64,000 nucleotides of DNA, from the IMG/VR virus record IMGVR_UViG_3300032053_011398; one strand, 5' to 3'. Positions within the stretch are counted from its first letter, which is position 1; the number at the start of each line of letters is the position of its first letter. The position numbers and the translations under genes were made by a program. The notes under the pieces are model-generated. The model worked only from the letters and a program-made list of their open reading frames with translations. It did not search any database and was not told the DNA's origin. The DNA comes from a virus. Shown piece after piece: positions 46,762 through 54,866 of the stretch.

Positions 46762-46892
46762 TACACTGCGGGCCAGACGACGACCCTTGACGAACCGATT
46801 GTCGTCCAGGTTGTGCGCCTGCCAAGATGAGCTTCCCGCATTTTGGCCTTCGTTTCTTCGGAGTGCTGTCGGCCTATCCACCACTTTGGCAT
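46761..46892 (-). pseudogene. NUMOD3 remnant of a homing endonuclease
   Basis: MPKWWIGRQHSEETKAKMREAHLG... Confidence 0.6.
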
Positions 46893-46935
46893 AAACTTCC
46901 GTCAATAGTGAGCCACTGCTTCACACTGTAGATAC

Positions 46936-47011
46936 TGGTGCCCCAGGGGAGACTCCCACTCCCAACCAGCGGTTCCGAGGACCGCCGCGCTGATAATTGC
47001 GCCACTGAGGC
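46936..47011 (-). tRNA. tRNA-Arg(TCG)
   Basis: Loop CCTCGGA. Confidence 0.75.
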
Positions 47012-47031
47012 GAAAGTGTTCTTAAGTAGGC

Positions 47032-47679
47032 ATGAGCAAAGAGAATCTTGAATGGGTCATGGAGCAGGCCAAACCTGCTGACCTTGAAATCGCTCACGAA
47101 GCCTGGTTCCGCTACCGGGAAATCGTAGGAAGAGTTGCCCAAAAACATGGATATTCGCTAGAAGTGGGCGTCGGCGTCTTCTCCTCTTTAAGTCCAAATT
47201 CGGATTACCTGGGCAATCTCCGGGACACGGTCCGGCTCCTGGCCGCAGCGCACGCGGGCGACCCCATCGAGAGCTTCCCGGTCTCAACCTACGGAAACAA
47301 CAAGCGGAAAGCCTGGCGGATCGCCCACGGCGAAAATCCGCTCGATTTGATCGTCTCCCCCAAAACCCGCAACTTCTTCCTGAACATCATCGACCCTGCC
47401 GATCCCGGCCCGGTGACCGTGGACGGGCACATCTTCAATGCCTGGACAGGGGTGCGCCTCCCGCTGGTTTCAGCCGCGCAGAAACTCCGGGCGGGTTTCT
47501 ACGACGACGTAGCTCAGGACATCCGGCAGATCGGGGCCGAACGCCGGTTGATTCCCAACATCGTTCAGGGCATCATCTGGTATTCGTGGAAGCGGCTGCA
47601 TAGGATCAAGCGCAGCGATCAGCTTGAGTTCTGGAAACCGGACTTTACGGCGGCGGCGCTGGGCTACGAACGAGAGTAA
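47032..47679 (+). CDS. conserved phage protein, possibly DNA glycosylase-like fold
   Basis: SSLSP, PKTRNFFLNI, PVTVDGH, VQGIIW. Confidence 0.7.
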   Translation: MSKENLEWVMEQAKPADLEIAHEAWFRYREIVGRVAQKHGYSLEVGVGVFSSLSPNSDYLGNLRDTVRLLAAAHAGDPIESFPVSTYGNNKRKAWRIAHGENPLDLIVSPKTRNFFLNIIDPADPGPVTVDGHIFNAWTGVRLPLVSAAQKLRAGFYDDVAQDIRQIGAERRLIPNIVQGIIWYSWKRLHRIKRSDQLEFWKPDFTAAALGYERE

Positions 47680-47750
47680 CTAGAAATATGAGTGATTTGA
47701 ACAAACCTAATCCATCCCTCTGAGCCTGGAGCAGAACAATAAAAACAAAT

Positions 47751-48506
47751 ATGGCTGAACCTCAAACTACACTAATCACTGTTTTTCACAATGGAATTCA
47801 TGCTCTTAAACTGCTGTGGAGGAGCTTTTCTAACGCTAACCCCGAACCCGCGCTATTTTGGTGCTACGACAATGCCAGCAACGACGGATCAGGATACTAC
47901 GCTAAATCTGTTTCCAACTATACGTTCAGGTCTTGCTGTAACTATGGCCACGGACGGGGCTTAGACACGCTATGTGCTAAGGTCCGCACGCCTTACACGC
48001 TCATCGCTGACGTTGATGTCGAATTTCTTCAACCAGCCACAGCAAGAATGATCGCAGAACTAAAAGGAACACCGTCAGCTCTCTGCACGGCTTATCCATC
48101 ACTGAAAGAGGAATGTGTTGTCGTCAATAATTACTTAGGATCAAATTTATCTGGACAAAAGCGCATAAACCCTTGCTGCGCTATGTTTGACACGCTCAAG
48201 CTGCAACAGGTACTAAAATACTTCAGTTTCGGAGTTTATGGGGGACCGGGTAAGTTTTACGACGTTGGAGCTATGATATACACGGCCAGTTTAGCGTGCA
48301 ATCTATCTGTCCTAGAACCAACCTGGATCAGGCAAGCGGTGCGGCACTACGGCGGCATCGGCGGCTATGTCTCCGGCGCATTTCCTAAAGACAGCCCAAA
48401 GTTCATAGCATCACAAAAAGCGTATAGCCTCATAGAGCAACGAGCAGCGAGCTACGCTGAACCCGGTCGAAAATTGAACGAGGCTATTTTTGAACTAGAA
48501 GCATAG
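47751..48506 (+). CDS. GT2-family glycosyltransferase
   Basis: YDNASNDGS, NYGHGRGLD, ADVDVEF; AT-richer. Confidence 0.8.
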   Translation: MAEPQTTLITVFHNGIHALKLLWRSFSNANPEPALFWCYDNASNDGSGYYAKSVSNYTFRSCCNYGHGRGLDTLCAKVRTPYTLIADVDVEFLQPATARMIAELKGTPSALCTAYPSLKEECVVVNNYLGSNLSGQKRINPCCAMFDTLKLQQVLKYFSFGVYGGPGKFYDVGAMIYTASLACNLSVLEPTWIRQAVRHYGGIGGYVSGAFPKDSPKFIASQKAYSLIEQRAASYAEPGRKLNEAIFELEA

Positions 48507-48510
48507 AACT

Positions 48511-49008
48511 ATGGACTTAAACAAAATACCCAGTGCGTGGAAAAACTTAGACAACTTCGCTTTCTGGTTAGTAGCCGCTTTCAAACCTGACGTTATTGTC
48601 GATTTGGGGGTTGACCACGGCTATTCAACGATAGTCCTGGCCATGCCGGGCATAGGCACTGTTTACGGCATAGACGCGGTGATGTGCCGTGCCGAGCCTT
48701 TCATAGCAGAAGCCAACCTTAAAAACATCATTCTGATTAAAGGAGACTTTTCCACTTTAGCTTCAACTTGGGCGCAGCCAATAGACATCCTGCACATTGA
48801 CGGCAACCACGATTATGAAAGCGTGCAGAGAGACTTCACCGTCTGGTCCCCTTTCGTTAGAAAGGGCGGAATCATTCTCTTACACGACACAATATCGTTC
48901 CCTGATGGACCAGGACGTGTTTTTTCGGACGTAACTTGGCCAAAATTCAACATCGACAAGACGCGGCAGCAAACATGCGGACTCGGAGTTATTCTTAAAA
49001 CGCAGTAG
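48511..49008 (+). CDS. class I SAM methyltransferase (Methyltransf_24-like)
   Basis: VDLGVDHGYST, IDILHIDGNHDYE, GGIILLHD. Confidence 0.88.
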   Translation: MDLNKIPSAWKNLDNFAFWLVAAFKPDVIVDLGVDHGYSTIVLAMPGIGTVYGIDAVMCRAEPFIAEANLKNIILIKGDFSTLASTWAQPIDILHIDGNHDYESVQRDFTVWSPFVRKGGIILLHDTISFPDGPGRVFSDVTWPKFNIDKTRQQTCGLGVILKTQ

Positions 49009-49070
49009 TCGCCAGCAGTCAGAGCGTGAAGGACCGAACAGGTTCAGGCAAAAATCTCTGAAACACATGC

Positions 49071-50063
49071 CTAGCCCATCAGTTCTTCGGCGTAAGCGCA
49101 CAAAACCTTGACTTCAAAACTTCCGTAAAGGTTACTGGGCACCCTACAGGGCCGATAAGGCAGCTTAAGAAGCTGGGCGGCTACGCGGGCTGGATCGGCG
49201 CTGGTTTTGTAGATTACACTCAAGGGATCGCCCGGTTTATAGTCCAGAGGTATAGGCGTGTAGTCGATGGGTATGTCGATGACGACACCACCGATTTCTT
49301 GGGCGTGCTCCACGCAGCTTGGACTGCCCGACGCGACAGCAACCAGGCAACCCGCCGCCGCCGCTTCGGACATGAGCCGTGAGTGCCCCTCCACGGCGGA
49401 TGGATAGAAGAACACCTTCGATTGACCCAGCAAGGACCAAAGTTCAGCTTTAGACTTGCCTGAAATGTTCTGTGGGGCGATGCCGCCTTGCCGCCTGGCC
49501 TCCTCCAACACCAATCCCGCAAACCAATCACCCTTGGCTGGCGAACAGGATGCCGTAGCCACGTCGTAAATCCTCTCGCCGTGATAGTGCTGGATCGCTT
49601 CCACGTTCACGCCCGAAGGCAGCCATTCGACTCGGCGACAGTAGGGCGCGAAGTAGCGCACGTCACTAGCGGCGGCGGTCAGCAACAAATCTATCTGGCT
49701 CAAACAGTTGATACGATCCGCTGTCCACAGTTCCGGCCCAAACCCTCGAACTCTCCACGCTATCTGCCTGGCTTTCCACCCGCCCGACTTTAAACACTTC
49801 AAGCCAATGTCAGGCCAACTGCTAAACAAAATCAAATCCGCAGTAACCGATGGATACTCTCCCTTTACGCAAATGAACTCAACGCCATCTTGCACGGTAT
49901 TTCGAGAGAGGTCATAAGTGCCGAGCACTGCAATTACCCGGTGACCTCGCCGAGCCATTTCTTTAGCGAACGTGATCGGTGTAAACGCATATTCGTCAAA
50001 AGCGTTCACGGCTAACCAAGTTTCTAATAGGTTGGGATAGCGACATTCCACTACGATTGTCAT
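49071..50063 (-). CDS. GT-B (GT4-like) glycosyltransferase
   Basis: RRGHRV, PSGVN, KG, FFYPSAVEG..MSEAAAAGC. Confidence 0.82.
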   Translation of the reverse strand: MTIVVECRYPNLLETWLAVNAFDEYAFTPITFAKEMARRGHRVIAVLGTYDLSRNTVQDGVEFICVKGEYPSVTADLILFSSWPDIGLKCLKSGGWKARQIAWRVRGFGPELWTADRINCLSQIDLLLTAAASDVRYFAPYCRRVEWLPSGVNVEAIQHYHGERIYDVATASCSPAKGDWFAGLVLEEARRQGGIAPQNISGKSKAELWSLLGQSKVFFYPSAVEGHSRLMSEAAAAGCLVAVASGSPSCVEHAQEIGGVVIDIPIDYTPIPLDYKPGDPLSVIYKTSADPARVAAQLLKLPYRPCRVPSNLYGSFEVKVLCAYAEELMG

Positions 50064-50157
50064 CTCCCCGTAGAACGTGAAGACGTTAGCTAAATTGTGT
50101 AAACTTTTTCATTCCGTTCTAAAACGTCGTGGTTAACGCGGGCGCGATAGTTACAGC

Positions 50158-50517
50158 GTGAAAGTTGCAGGTCAAGAGATCGAAGTTCAAACCGAGCGGT
50201 ATCACGGCGGCTGGATGAGCGTGGCCTGCCTGCCGGACGGCAAGCAGATTGCCTCGGCCCCGTGGAACACCCGCGAGGCCGCTGAGCACGACGTGTATCA
50301 GCAAGCTTTGATGCGCCTGGCCCCCATGCCCGCCTTCGATCCGGGCAAGACCTACGAAGCAGCCCTGATCCAGCGCCGGGCGGACGCCCTGCTGGAGCAC
50401 TGCGGCTACTGCGCCCGCCGCCCACCGCGCCGCCGCAAGCGTCTGCCCCCGCCCAAAGCTTCGTTCTACCCCGGCAGTGGCGGATCAGCCGGAATCGGAG
50501 GGCTTTCAAATGCCTGA
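50158..50517 (+). CDS. hypothetical protein
   Basis: ORF with ATAGTTA motif before GTG. Confidence 0.6.
   Translation: MKVAGQEIEVQTERYHGGWMSVACLPDGKQIASAPWNTREAAEHDVYQQALMRLAPMPAFDPGKTYEAALIQRRADALLEHCGYCARRPPRRRKRLPPPKASFYPGSGGSAGIGGLSNA
50451..50515 (+). repeat. 65-bp direct repeat, copy 1
   Basis: 62/65 identical to 51554-51618. Confidence 0.92.
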
Positions 50518-50525
50518 AAAATGAG

Positions 50526-50597
50526 TGGAGCCGAAAGCCGGTGCTGCCCCGGCCTGGTCAAGTTTACAAAACTCGTCCCTTCGCTGGAAGCTTCGGC
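50526..50597 (-). tRNA. tRNA-Thr(TGT), reduced D arm
   Basis: Loop TTTGTAA. Confidence 0.7.
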
Positions 50598-50602
50598 AAA
50601 AT

Positions 50603-50678
50603 TGGTGGGTTCGATGGGCGACGATCCCACAACATCCTGATTAAGAGTCAGGTGCTCTACCAATTGAGCTACGAACCC
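50603..50678 (-). tRNA. tRNA-Lys(CTT)
   Basis: Loop CTCTTAA. Confidence 0.88.
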
Positions 50679-50682
50679 AAAA

Positions 50683-50757
50683 TGGTCGCTGTGCCCGGAC
50701 TCGCACCGGGAACCGTCACCTTATGAGGATGCCGCGCTGCTATTGCGCCACACAGCG
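50683..50757 (-). tRNA. tRNA-CAT (Met or Ile2)
   Basis: Loop CTCATAA. Confidence 0.8.
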
Positions 50758-50762
50758 GAAAA

Positions 50763-50840
50763 TGGAGCCTCCACCCGGACGTGCGCCGAGCTATCGCCCA
50801 TACCAAGGGCGTGCATCGCTGCTGCCTATGCTTTGGAGGC
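50763..50840 (-). tRNA. tRNA-Thr(GGT)
   Basis: Loop TTGGTAT. Confidence 0.8.
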
Positions 50841-50841
50841 G

Positions 50842-50915
50842 TGGAGCGAGTGACCGGAATCGCACCGGTATCTGATGCTTGGAAGACACCAGCTCTACTA
50901 TTGAGCTACACTCGC
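50842..50915 (-). tRNA. tRNA-Gly(TCC)
   Basis: Loop CTTCCAA, U73. Confidence 0.88.
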
Positions 50916-50923
50916 GCTGAAAA

Positions 50924-51271
50924 TTAAGTCCACGAAGTCTGCATTTCGGCAGCCTTCGGCGGGATGGCTGCCTTGATCTGTTCGCGGGCCTTCTCGCGCT
51001 CCTTGCGCCAGGCTTCCCATTCCTCGAAAGAGGGCACTGAATCGAGGATTTCGTCGCCAGGGCGCAGAAACGTGTGCGACCATTCGCCCCTGGCATTCGG
51101 GTATCCAATCGAATGAAGAATGCCTTTGCCATAATCACGTGCGTCGTAGTAGCCGTTCCACTCGGCCTGGACGACCCCTTGCGGCGTGCGGACACGGACG
51201 ACCCGGCGGGCCATGTCGGGCAGATCGTCTTCCAAAAGCATCTTCACGATGAGCTGTGCCATTCTACTCAT
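50924..51271 (-). CDS. hypothetical protein (possible head protein)
   Basis: GTAGTTA upstream; AQLIVKMLLEDD motif. Confidence 0.7.
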   Translation of the reverse strand: MSRMAQLIVKMLLEDDLPDMARRVVRVRTPQGVVQAEWNGYYDARDYGKGILHSIGYPNARGEWSHTFLRPGDEILDSVPSFEEWEAWRKEREKAREQIKAAIPPKAAEMQTSWT

Positions 51272-51292
51272 ATCGGCATAACTACGAGAAAC

Positions 51293-51367
51293 TGGAGTCC
51301 GGCCAGGGGATCGCACCCTGCACCACCGCTTTGCAGGCGGGGCCGTTCGCTAGCTCGGTCGCCGGAC
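51293..51367 (-). tRNA. tRNA-Cys(GCA)
   Basis: Loop CTGCAAA, U73. Confidence 0.82.
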
Positions 51368-51376
51368 GCGAGAAAT

Positions 51377-51453
51377 TGGGGCCAGTAGGCGGACTCGCAC
51401 CGCCGAATACCGGTTTACGAAACCGGCCCTGTAGCTGCTGGAGGCATACTGGC
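51377..51453 (-). tRNA. tRNA-Thr(CGT)
   Basis: Loop TTCGTAA. Confidence 0.78.
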
Positions 51454-51458
51454 AAAAG

Positions 51459-51532
51459 TGGTAGGGGATAACGGTGCCGCCCCGCTGCCTCGTCGGTGTA
51501 AACGACGCACGCTGCTGTTACGCCAATCCCCC
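51459..51532 (-). tRNA. tRNA-Val(TAC)
   Basis: Loop TTTACAC. Confidence 0.82.
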
Positions 51533-51553
51533 ACTCCGAAAACAGTTGTTCTC

Positions 51554-51618
51554 GCCCAAGGCTTCGTTCTACCCCGGCAGCGGTGGATCAGCCGGAATCG
51601 GAGGGCTTTCAAATGCCT
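51554..51618 (+). repeat. 65-bp direct repeat, copy 2
   Basis: 62/65 identical to 50451-50515. Confidence 0.92.
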
Positions 51619-51690
51619 AAGTTCATCCTTCCAAAAATGTAAACTTTTTAATTCCGTTCTATAACATTGTGGTCAGTGCGGGTTGAAATT

Positions 51691-52452
51691 ATGAGTGAAC
51701 CGTTCAAGGCGCAAGTCGAAAAGTTCTTCCTGGAACATGTGCTCCACGAACCCCCACACTGCTATAATCCGTTCGTGACCATGCACTGCCAGCGTTACGT
51801 CCACTCCGTGCTGTTCGCTGAGTTGGAACTGAAAGCGGCCAAGGTGGTCCTGGAAGTGGGCGGCGGATGGGGGGCGTTTACGGAGGGCTTGCGGGCCTTG
51901 TTTCCCAGCCTGGTGATCGAAGGCTCCTCCGCTGATCTCCGCACGGTCTTCACCAACAAGGTGGACTACTATGACTTCATCCTGAACATGGAAGTCATCG
52001 AGCACATAAAAGACCTTGAAATTCCGGGAGATTGGCGTCAGCGGGATGCCTACATCGGTGACGGCCTGAAAAATTTTGTAAACACTTGCTACCAATGCCT
52101 GAAACCGGACGGCAAGATGTTCCTGACCACGCCAAATCTCAGCTCCGTTAAAAGTCTCTGGCGGGTAATGAATTACAGCGACCCGTTCTCCTATGAGATG
52201 CACTTCCGCGAGTTTTCGATGAACGACCTGTTGAGAATACTGGTCGAAGCCGGGTTCCAGATCGAACGCTATACGACCATGCAGTGCTACGAGCAAAACC
52301 AGGTTCCGCCCGAAGCCAAGGCCCGCATTCTAAGCTTTTTGCGGGAGATGAAACTGTCCACAAACAACCGCGAAGAAGTCCAGTTCGTCATGGCCGTCAA
52401 GTCCGCAGTTAAGATGGCTGCGGTTTCCCAAGGTCCAGTGAACTCCCCGTAA
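51691..52452 (+). CDS. class I SAM methyltransferase
   Basis: VLEVGGGWG, YDFILNMEVIEHI, LKPDGKMFLTTPN, HFREFS. Confidence 0.9.
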   Translation: MSEPFKAQVEKFFLEHVLHEPPHCYNPFVTMHCQRYVHSVLFAELELKAAKVVLEVGGGWGAFTEGLRALFPSLVIEGSSADLRTVFTNKVDYYDFILNMEVIEHIKDLEIPGDWRQRDAYIGDGLKNFVNTCYQCLKPDGKMFLTTPNLSSVKSLWRVMNYSDPFSYEMHFREFSMNDLLRILVEAGFQIERYTTMQCYEQNQVPPEAKARILSFLREMKLSTNNREEVQFVMAVKSAVKMAAVSQGPVNSP

Positions 52453-52468
52453 ATTAGTTCTGGCCACT

Positions 52469-53206
52469 ATGCTGACCATCGGAATTTTGAACTGTCACCG
52501 CCAAGCCAATGTCGTTAAGCTGGTCAAGCGTTACTCTGCCATGCCCCTCGTTTCGCGGATCACCGTCTGGAGCAGTCCGCCCGGCGACTTCCGCATCACC
52601 GACAATCCAAAGGTTTTGACGGCTACCTGTGCGCCGGATTGGGGCATGTATGCCCGCTTTCAGTCGGTGCTCAACGCGCCCACGGAGTGGATCATGACGG
52701 TCGATGACGATCTATTCGTCCCGGAGGAGTCGATCAAAACGATGCTCGACGCCCGGATGAAGGACAAGGACAAAATGGTCAGCGGCATGTTCGGCAGACG
52801 GCCTTCCAGAACTCAAGAGTTTGCCGTGTTCCATGATATTGAAGACACGGTGTGCGAAATCGTCGTAGGCCGCGTTATGGTGTTTCACGTCAGCCTGATT
52901 AGCCGCTTCTTCGACGTGGTGCGGAATCCGAAGTGGGAAGAACTCTACGCCCAGGGGCGTCAAGCGGGCTGGAGCAAGACCACCAACATCGAAGACATCA
53001 TCATGAGCTATGTGGCAATGCAGACCGCTCCCGGCAGGCTCAACCAGATTCACAAATTGGGTTGCCAGGAACTAGATGCCCCATTCCCGGTTTGGACGAT
53101 GCGGAATTTCTTTAAGTATCGCCAGGCGGGCATGACCTTCACCCAGCAGTTCTTCAACAACTGGTCGCATAGCGAACACCCCACCGGATACGGGTTAAGG
53201 CGCTGA
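52469..53206 (+). CDS. GT-A fold glycosyltransferase (GT64/EXTL-like)
   Basis: ITVW, ARF, MTVDDDL, NIEDIIMS. Confidence 0.7.
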   Translation: MLTIGILNCHRQANVVKLVKRYSAMPLVSRITVWSSPPGDFRITDNPKVLTATCAPDWGMYARFQSVLNAPTEWIMTVDDDLFVPEESIKTMLDARMKDKDKMVSGMFGRRPSRTQEFAVFHDIEDTVCEIVVGRVMVFHVSLISRFFDVVRNPKWEELYAQGRQAGWSKTTNIEDIIMSYVAMQTAPGRLNQIHKLGCQELDAPFPVWTMRNFFKYRQAGMTFTQQFFNNWSHSEHPTGYGLRR

Positions 53207-53208
53207 AA

Positions 53209-53288
53209 TGGCGCTCCCACCAGGATTCGCACCTGGAGCCTTCTCCTTCGCAGGGAGATGTGCAGATTACTAATTACACCTTGGGAGC
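53209..53288 (-). tRNA. tRNA-Arg(GCG)
   Basis: Stem TCTCC/GGAGA, loop CTGCGAA. Confidence 0.8.
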
Positions 53289-53295
53289 TTCAAAA

Positions 53296-53372
53296 TGGTG
53301 CTCACGGCAAGAATTGCACTTGCAACCTGCGGTTTCGGAGACCGCCGCTCTATCTACTTGAGCTACGCGAGC
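53296..53372 (-). tRNA. tRNA-Arg(CCG)
   Basis: Loop CTCCGAA. Confidence 0.88.
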
Positions 53373-53376
53373 AAAA

Positions 53377-53453
53377 TGGCAGCCCAGACGGGTTCCGCCC
53401 CCGTGATCTCCTGTGTGAAAAACAGGCGTGTTGACTAGCTACACTACTGGGCC
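53377..53453 (-). tRNA. tRNA-Glu(TTC)
   Basis: Loop TTTTCAC. Confidence 0.82.
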
Positions 53454-53458
53454 AAAAT

Positions 53459-53537
53459 TGGTGTTCGTGGACGGACTCGCACCGTCTAATTATCCAGTAT
53501 GAGAGACTGGCCGCTCGGCTACTTCGCGCTCACGAAC
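53459..53537 (-). tRNA. tRNA-Glu(CTC)
   Basis: Loop CTCTCAT; overlapped by the 3' end of the HNH ORF. Confidence 0.78.
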
Positions 53538-54032
53538 TTTGTTTCTTCCTGAAAAAGTTGGTTGCTGGCTGTTACAATTCGGACACAGCAGCCTTAAATT
53601 TTCTGCGCGGTGATCGTCCCTAACGCCATTTTTATGATCCAGAATCAAAACTAACGGTTTACTGTTCCACGTGGGCTTTAAGCCACAAATAGCGCACTCG
53701 TTCCCAAGTATGCCTTGCTCTATAAGCCTGTGCTTCAAATGACCACGGCAATAAGTAGAGTGCTCGACCATAATCTCCTCTAAAAGCAACAGAGTTTTGG
53801 GCGATCCAAACCTTCTGCCTGTGTTTGAGCCGCGCCCTATGGGTATGTGTGAAATATCAATTCCGTCTTGTTGACAGCGTTGACGAAGTGTTTTGTAAAA
53901 GGAAGAACACCCGGCATATTTAAGACTTCGTGCAATCGCCAAAACCGATCCAGATTTTTTCACTACGGCCAAAAGTTCTTCTTTAGGCATTTTCCATATT
54001 CTGCCCGTTTTTATCGTATTCATAATACTCAA
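53490..54032 (-). CDS. HNH homing endonuclease
   Basis: CAICG..W..KPLVLILDHKNG..D.RAENLRLLCPNCNSQ. Confidence 0.92.
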   Translation of the reverse strand: MSIMNTIKTGRIWKMPKEELLAVVKKSGSVLAIARSLKYAGCSSFYKTLRQRCQQDGIDISHIPIGRGSNTGRRFGSPKTLLLLEEIMVEHSTYCRGHLKHRLIEQGILGNECAICGLKPTWNSKPLVLILDHKNGVRDDHRAENLRLLCPNCNSQQPTFSGRNKVREREVAERPVSHTG

Positions 54033-54040
54033 GAACCCGA

Positions 54041-54073
54041 ATCAAACGTGTTGACTGGCTACACCACAGGGAC
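54041..54073 (-). pseudogene. orphan 5' half of a tRNA (Glu/Asp-like D arm)
   Basis: GTCCCTG-TG-GTGT-AGCCAGTCA-ACAC-G-TTTGA, then the HNH promoter region. Confidence 0.65.
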
Positions 54074-54084
54074 GGAACGGGAAT

Positions 54085-54161
54085 TGGTGCCAAAGACCGG
54101 GATTGCACCGGTGACCTCCTGTTTTTCAGACAGGCGCTACTACTAACTGAGCTACTTTGGC
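54085..54161 (-). tRNA. tRNA-Phe(GAA)
   Basis: Loop CTGAAAA. Confidence 0.88.
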
Positions 54162-54167
54162 AAAGGA

Positions 54168-54244
54168 TGGTAGCCACGACAGGCTTTGCTCCTGTGGCCT
54201 TCACCTTATCAAGACGCTGCTCTGCTGAACTGAGCTACGTGGCT
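54168..54244 (-). tRNA. tRNA-Ile(GAT)
   Basis: Loop TTGATAA. Confidence 0.82.
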
Positions 54245-54248
54245 AAAA

Positions 54249-54335
54249 TGGCGGCTCCGCGAGGACTCGCACCCCGACCGGTTTTACCCGCACTCTGTTT
54301 TCGAGACAGGGGCATTACTATTCTGCCACGGAGCC
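54249..54335 (-). tRNA. tRNA-Ser(CGA)
   Basis: Loop CTCGAAA, long variable arm, G73. Confidence 0.82.
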
Positions 54336-54351
54336 AAAAATGTTTACAAAT

Positions 54352-54426
54352 TGGTGCTGCTGATAGGATTCACACCTATGTTTTCCCGCTTAGGAGGCAG
54401 GTGCCTGATTTCTCGGCCACAGCAGC
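54352..54426 (-). tRNA. tRNA-Arg(CCT)
   Basis: Loop CTCCTAA. Confidence 0.8.
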
Positions 54427-54430
54427 AAAT

Positions 54431-54506
54431 TGGCACCCCCGCCAGGACTCCCACCTGGATCAGACCGCTTAGAAAACGGTCGCTCTTGTGATTGAGCTAC
54501 AGGGGC
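54431..54506 (-). tRNA. tRNA-Arg(TCT)
   Basis: Loop TTTCTAA. Confidence 0.82.
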
Positions 54507-54513
54507 TTACAAA

Positions 54514-54589
54514 TGGCTGCCAGGGTCCGGCTCGCACGGACATCCCTTCGATTAACAGTCGAATGCTCGACTAATTGAGCTACCTGGCA
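54514..54589 (-). tRNA. tRNA-Asn(GTT)
   Basis: Loop CTGTTAA, G73. Confidence 0.88.
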
Positions 54590-54592
54590 AAA

Positions 54593-54668
54593 TGGTCAGC
54601 GCGAAGGGCTTTGCTCCCTCGGCCTCCCGGCCCCGAACCGGGCGCTCTGCTGGCTGAGCTACGCGCTG
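54593..54668 (-). tRNA. tRNA-Pro(CGG)
   Basis: Loop TTCGGGG, C1-G72. Confidence 0.85.
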
Positions 54669-54689
54669 ATTCCGCACTGGCCACAGAAC

Positions 54690-54765
54690 TGGTCGGGCTG
54701 GCGAGAATTGCACTCGCGGCTTCCGCACCCCCAGTGCGGCGCTCTGCTGGCTGAGCCACAGCCCG
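54690..54765 (-). tRNA. tRNA-Pro(GGG)
   Basis: Loop CTGGGGG. Confidence 0.85.
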
Positions 54766-54769
54766 AAAA

Positions 54770-54845
54770 TGGTCAGGGCGGGGAGTTTCGCAATCCCGGC
54801 CTCCTGCTCCCAAGGCAGGCGCTCTAACTTCTGAGCTACGCCCTG
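54770..54845 (-). tRNA. tRNA-Pro(TGG)
   Basis: Loop CTTGGGA. Confidence 0.85.
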
Positions 54846-54866
54846 AAGTGGTAGTTATGGCGAAAT

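Noticed and set aside
50451-50515. AGGCATTTGAA on the minus strand suggesting a SAM-V riboswitch
   Set aside because: The rest of the motif is absent, and the synonymous pattern favours coding on the plus strand
53490-54073. Group I intron splitting a tRNA around the HNH (and PD-(D/E)XK) gene
   Set aside because: No room for a ribozyme core and no matching 3' exon; the downstream tRNAs are complete
54431-54506. Possible amber or ochre suppressor tRNAs (CTA or TTA reads here and in the Leu tRNAs) and stop-codon recoding
   Set aside because: Stem register gives TCT, TAG and TAA anticodons; genes are intact in code 11 and end normally at TAG, TAA and TGA
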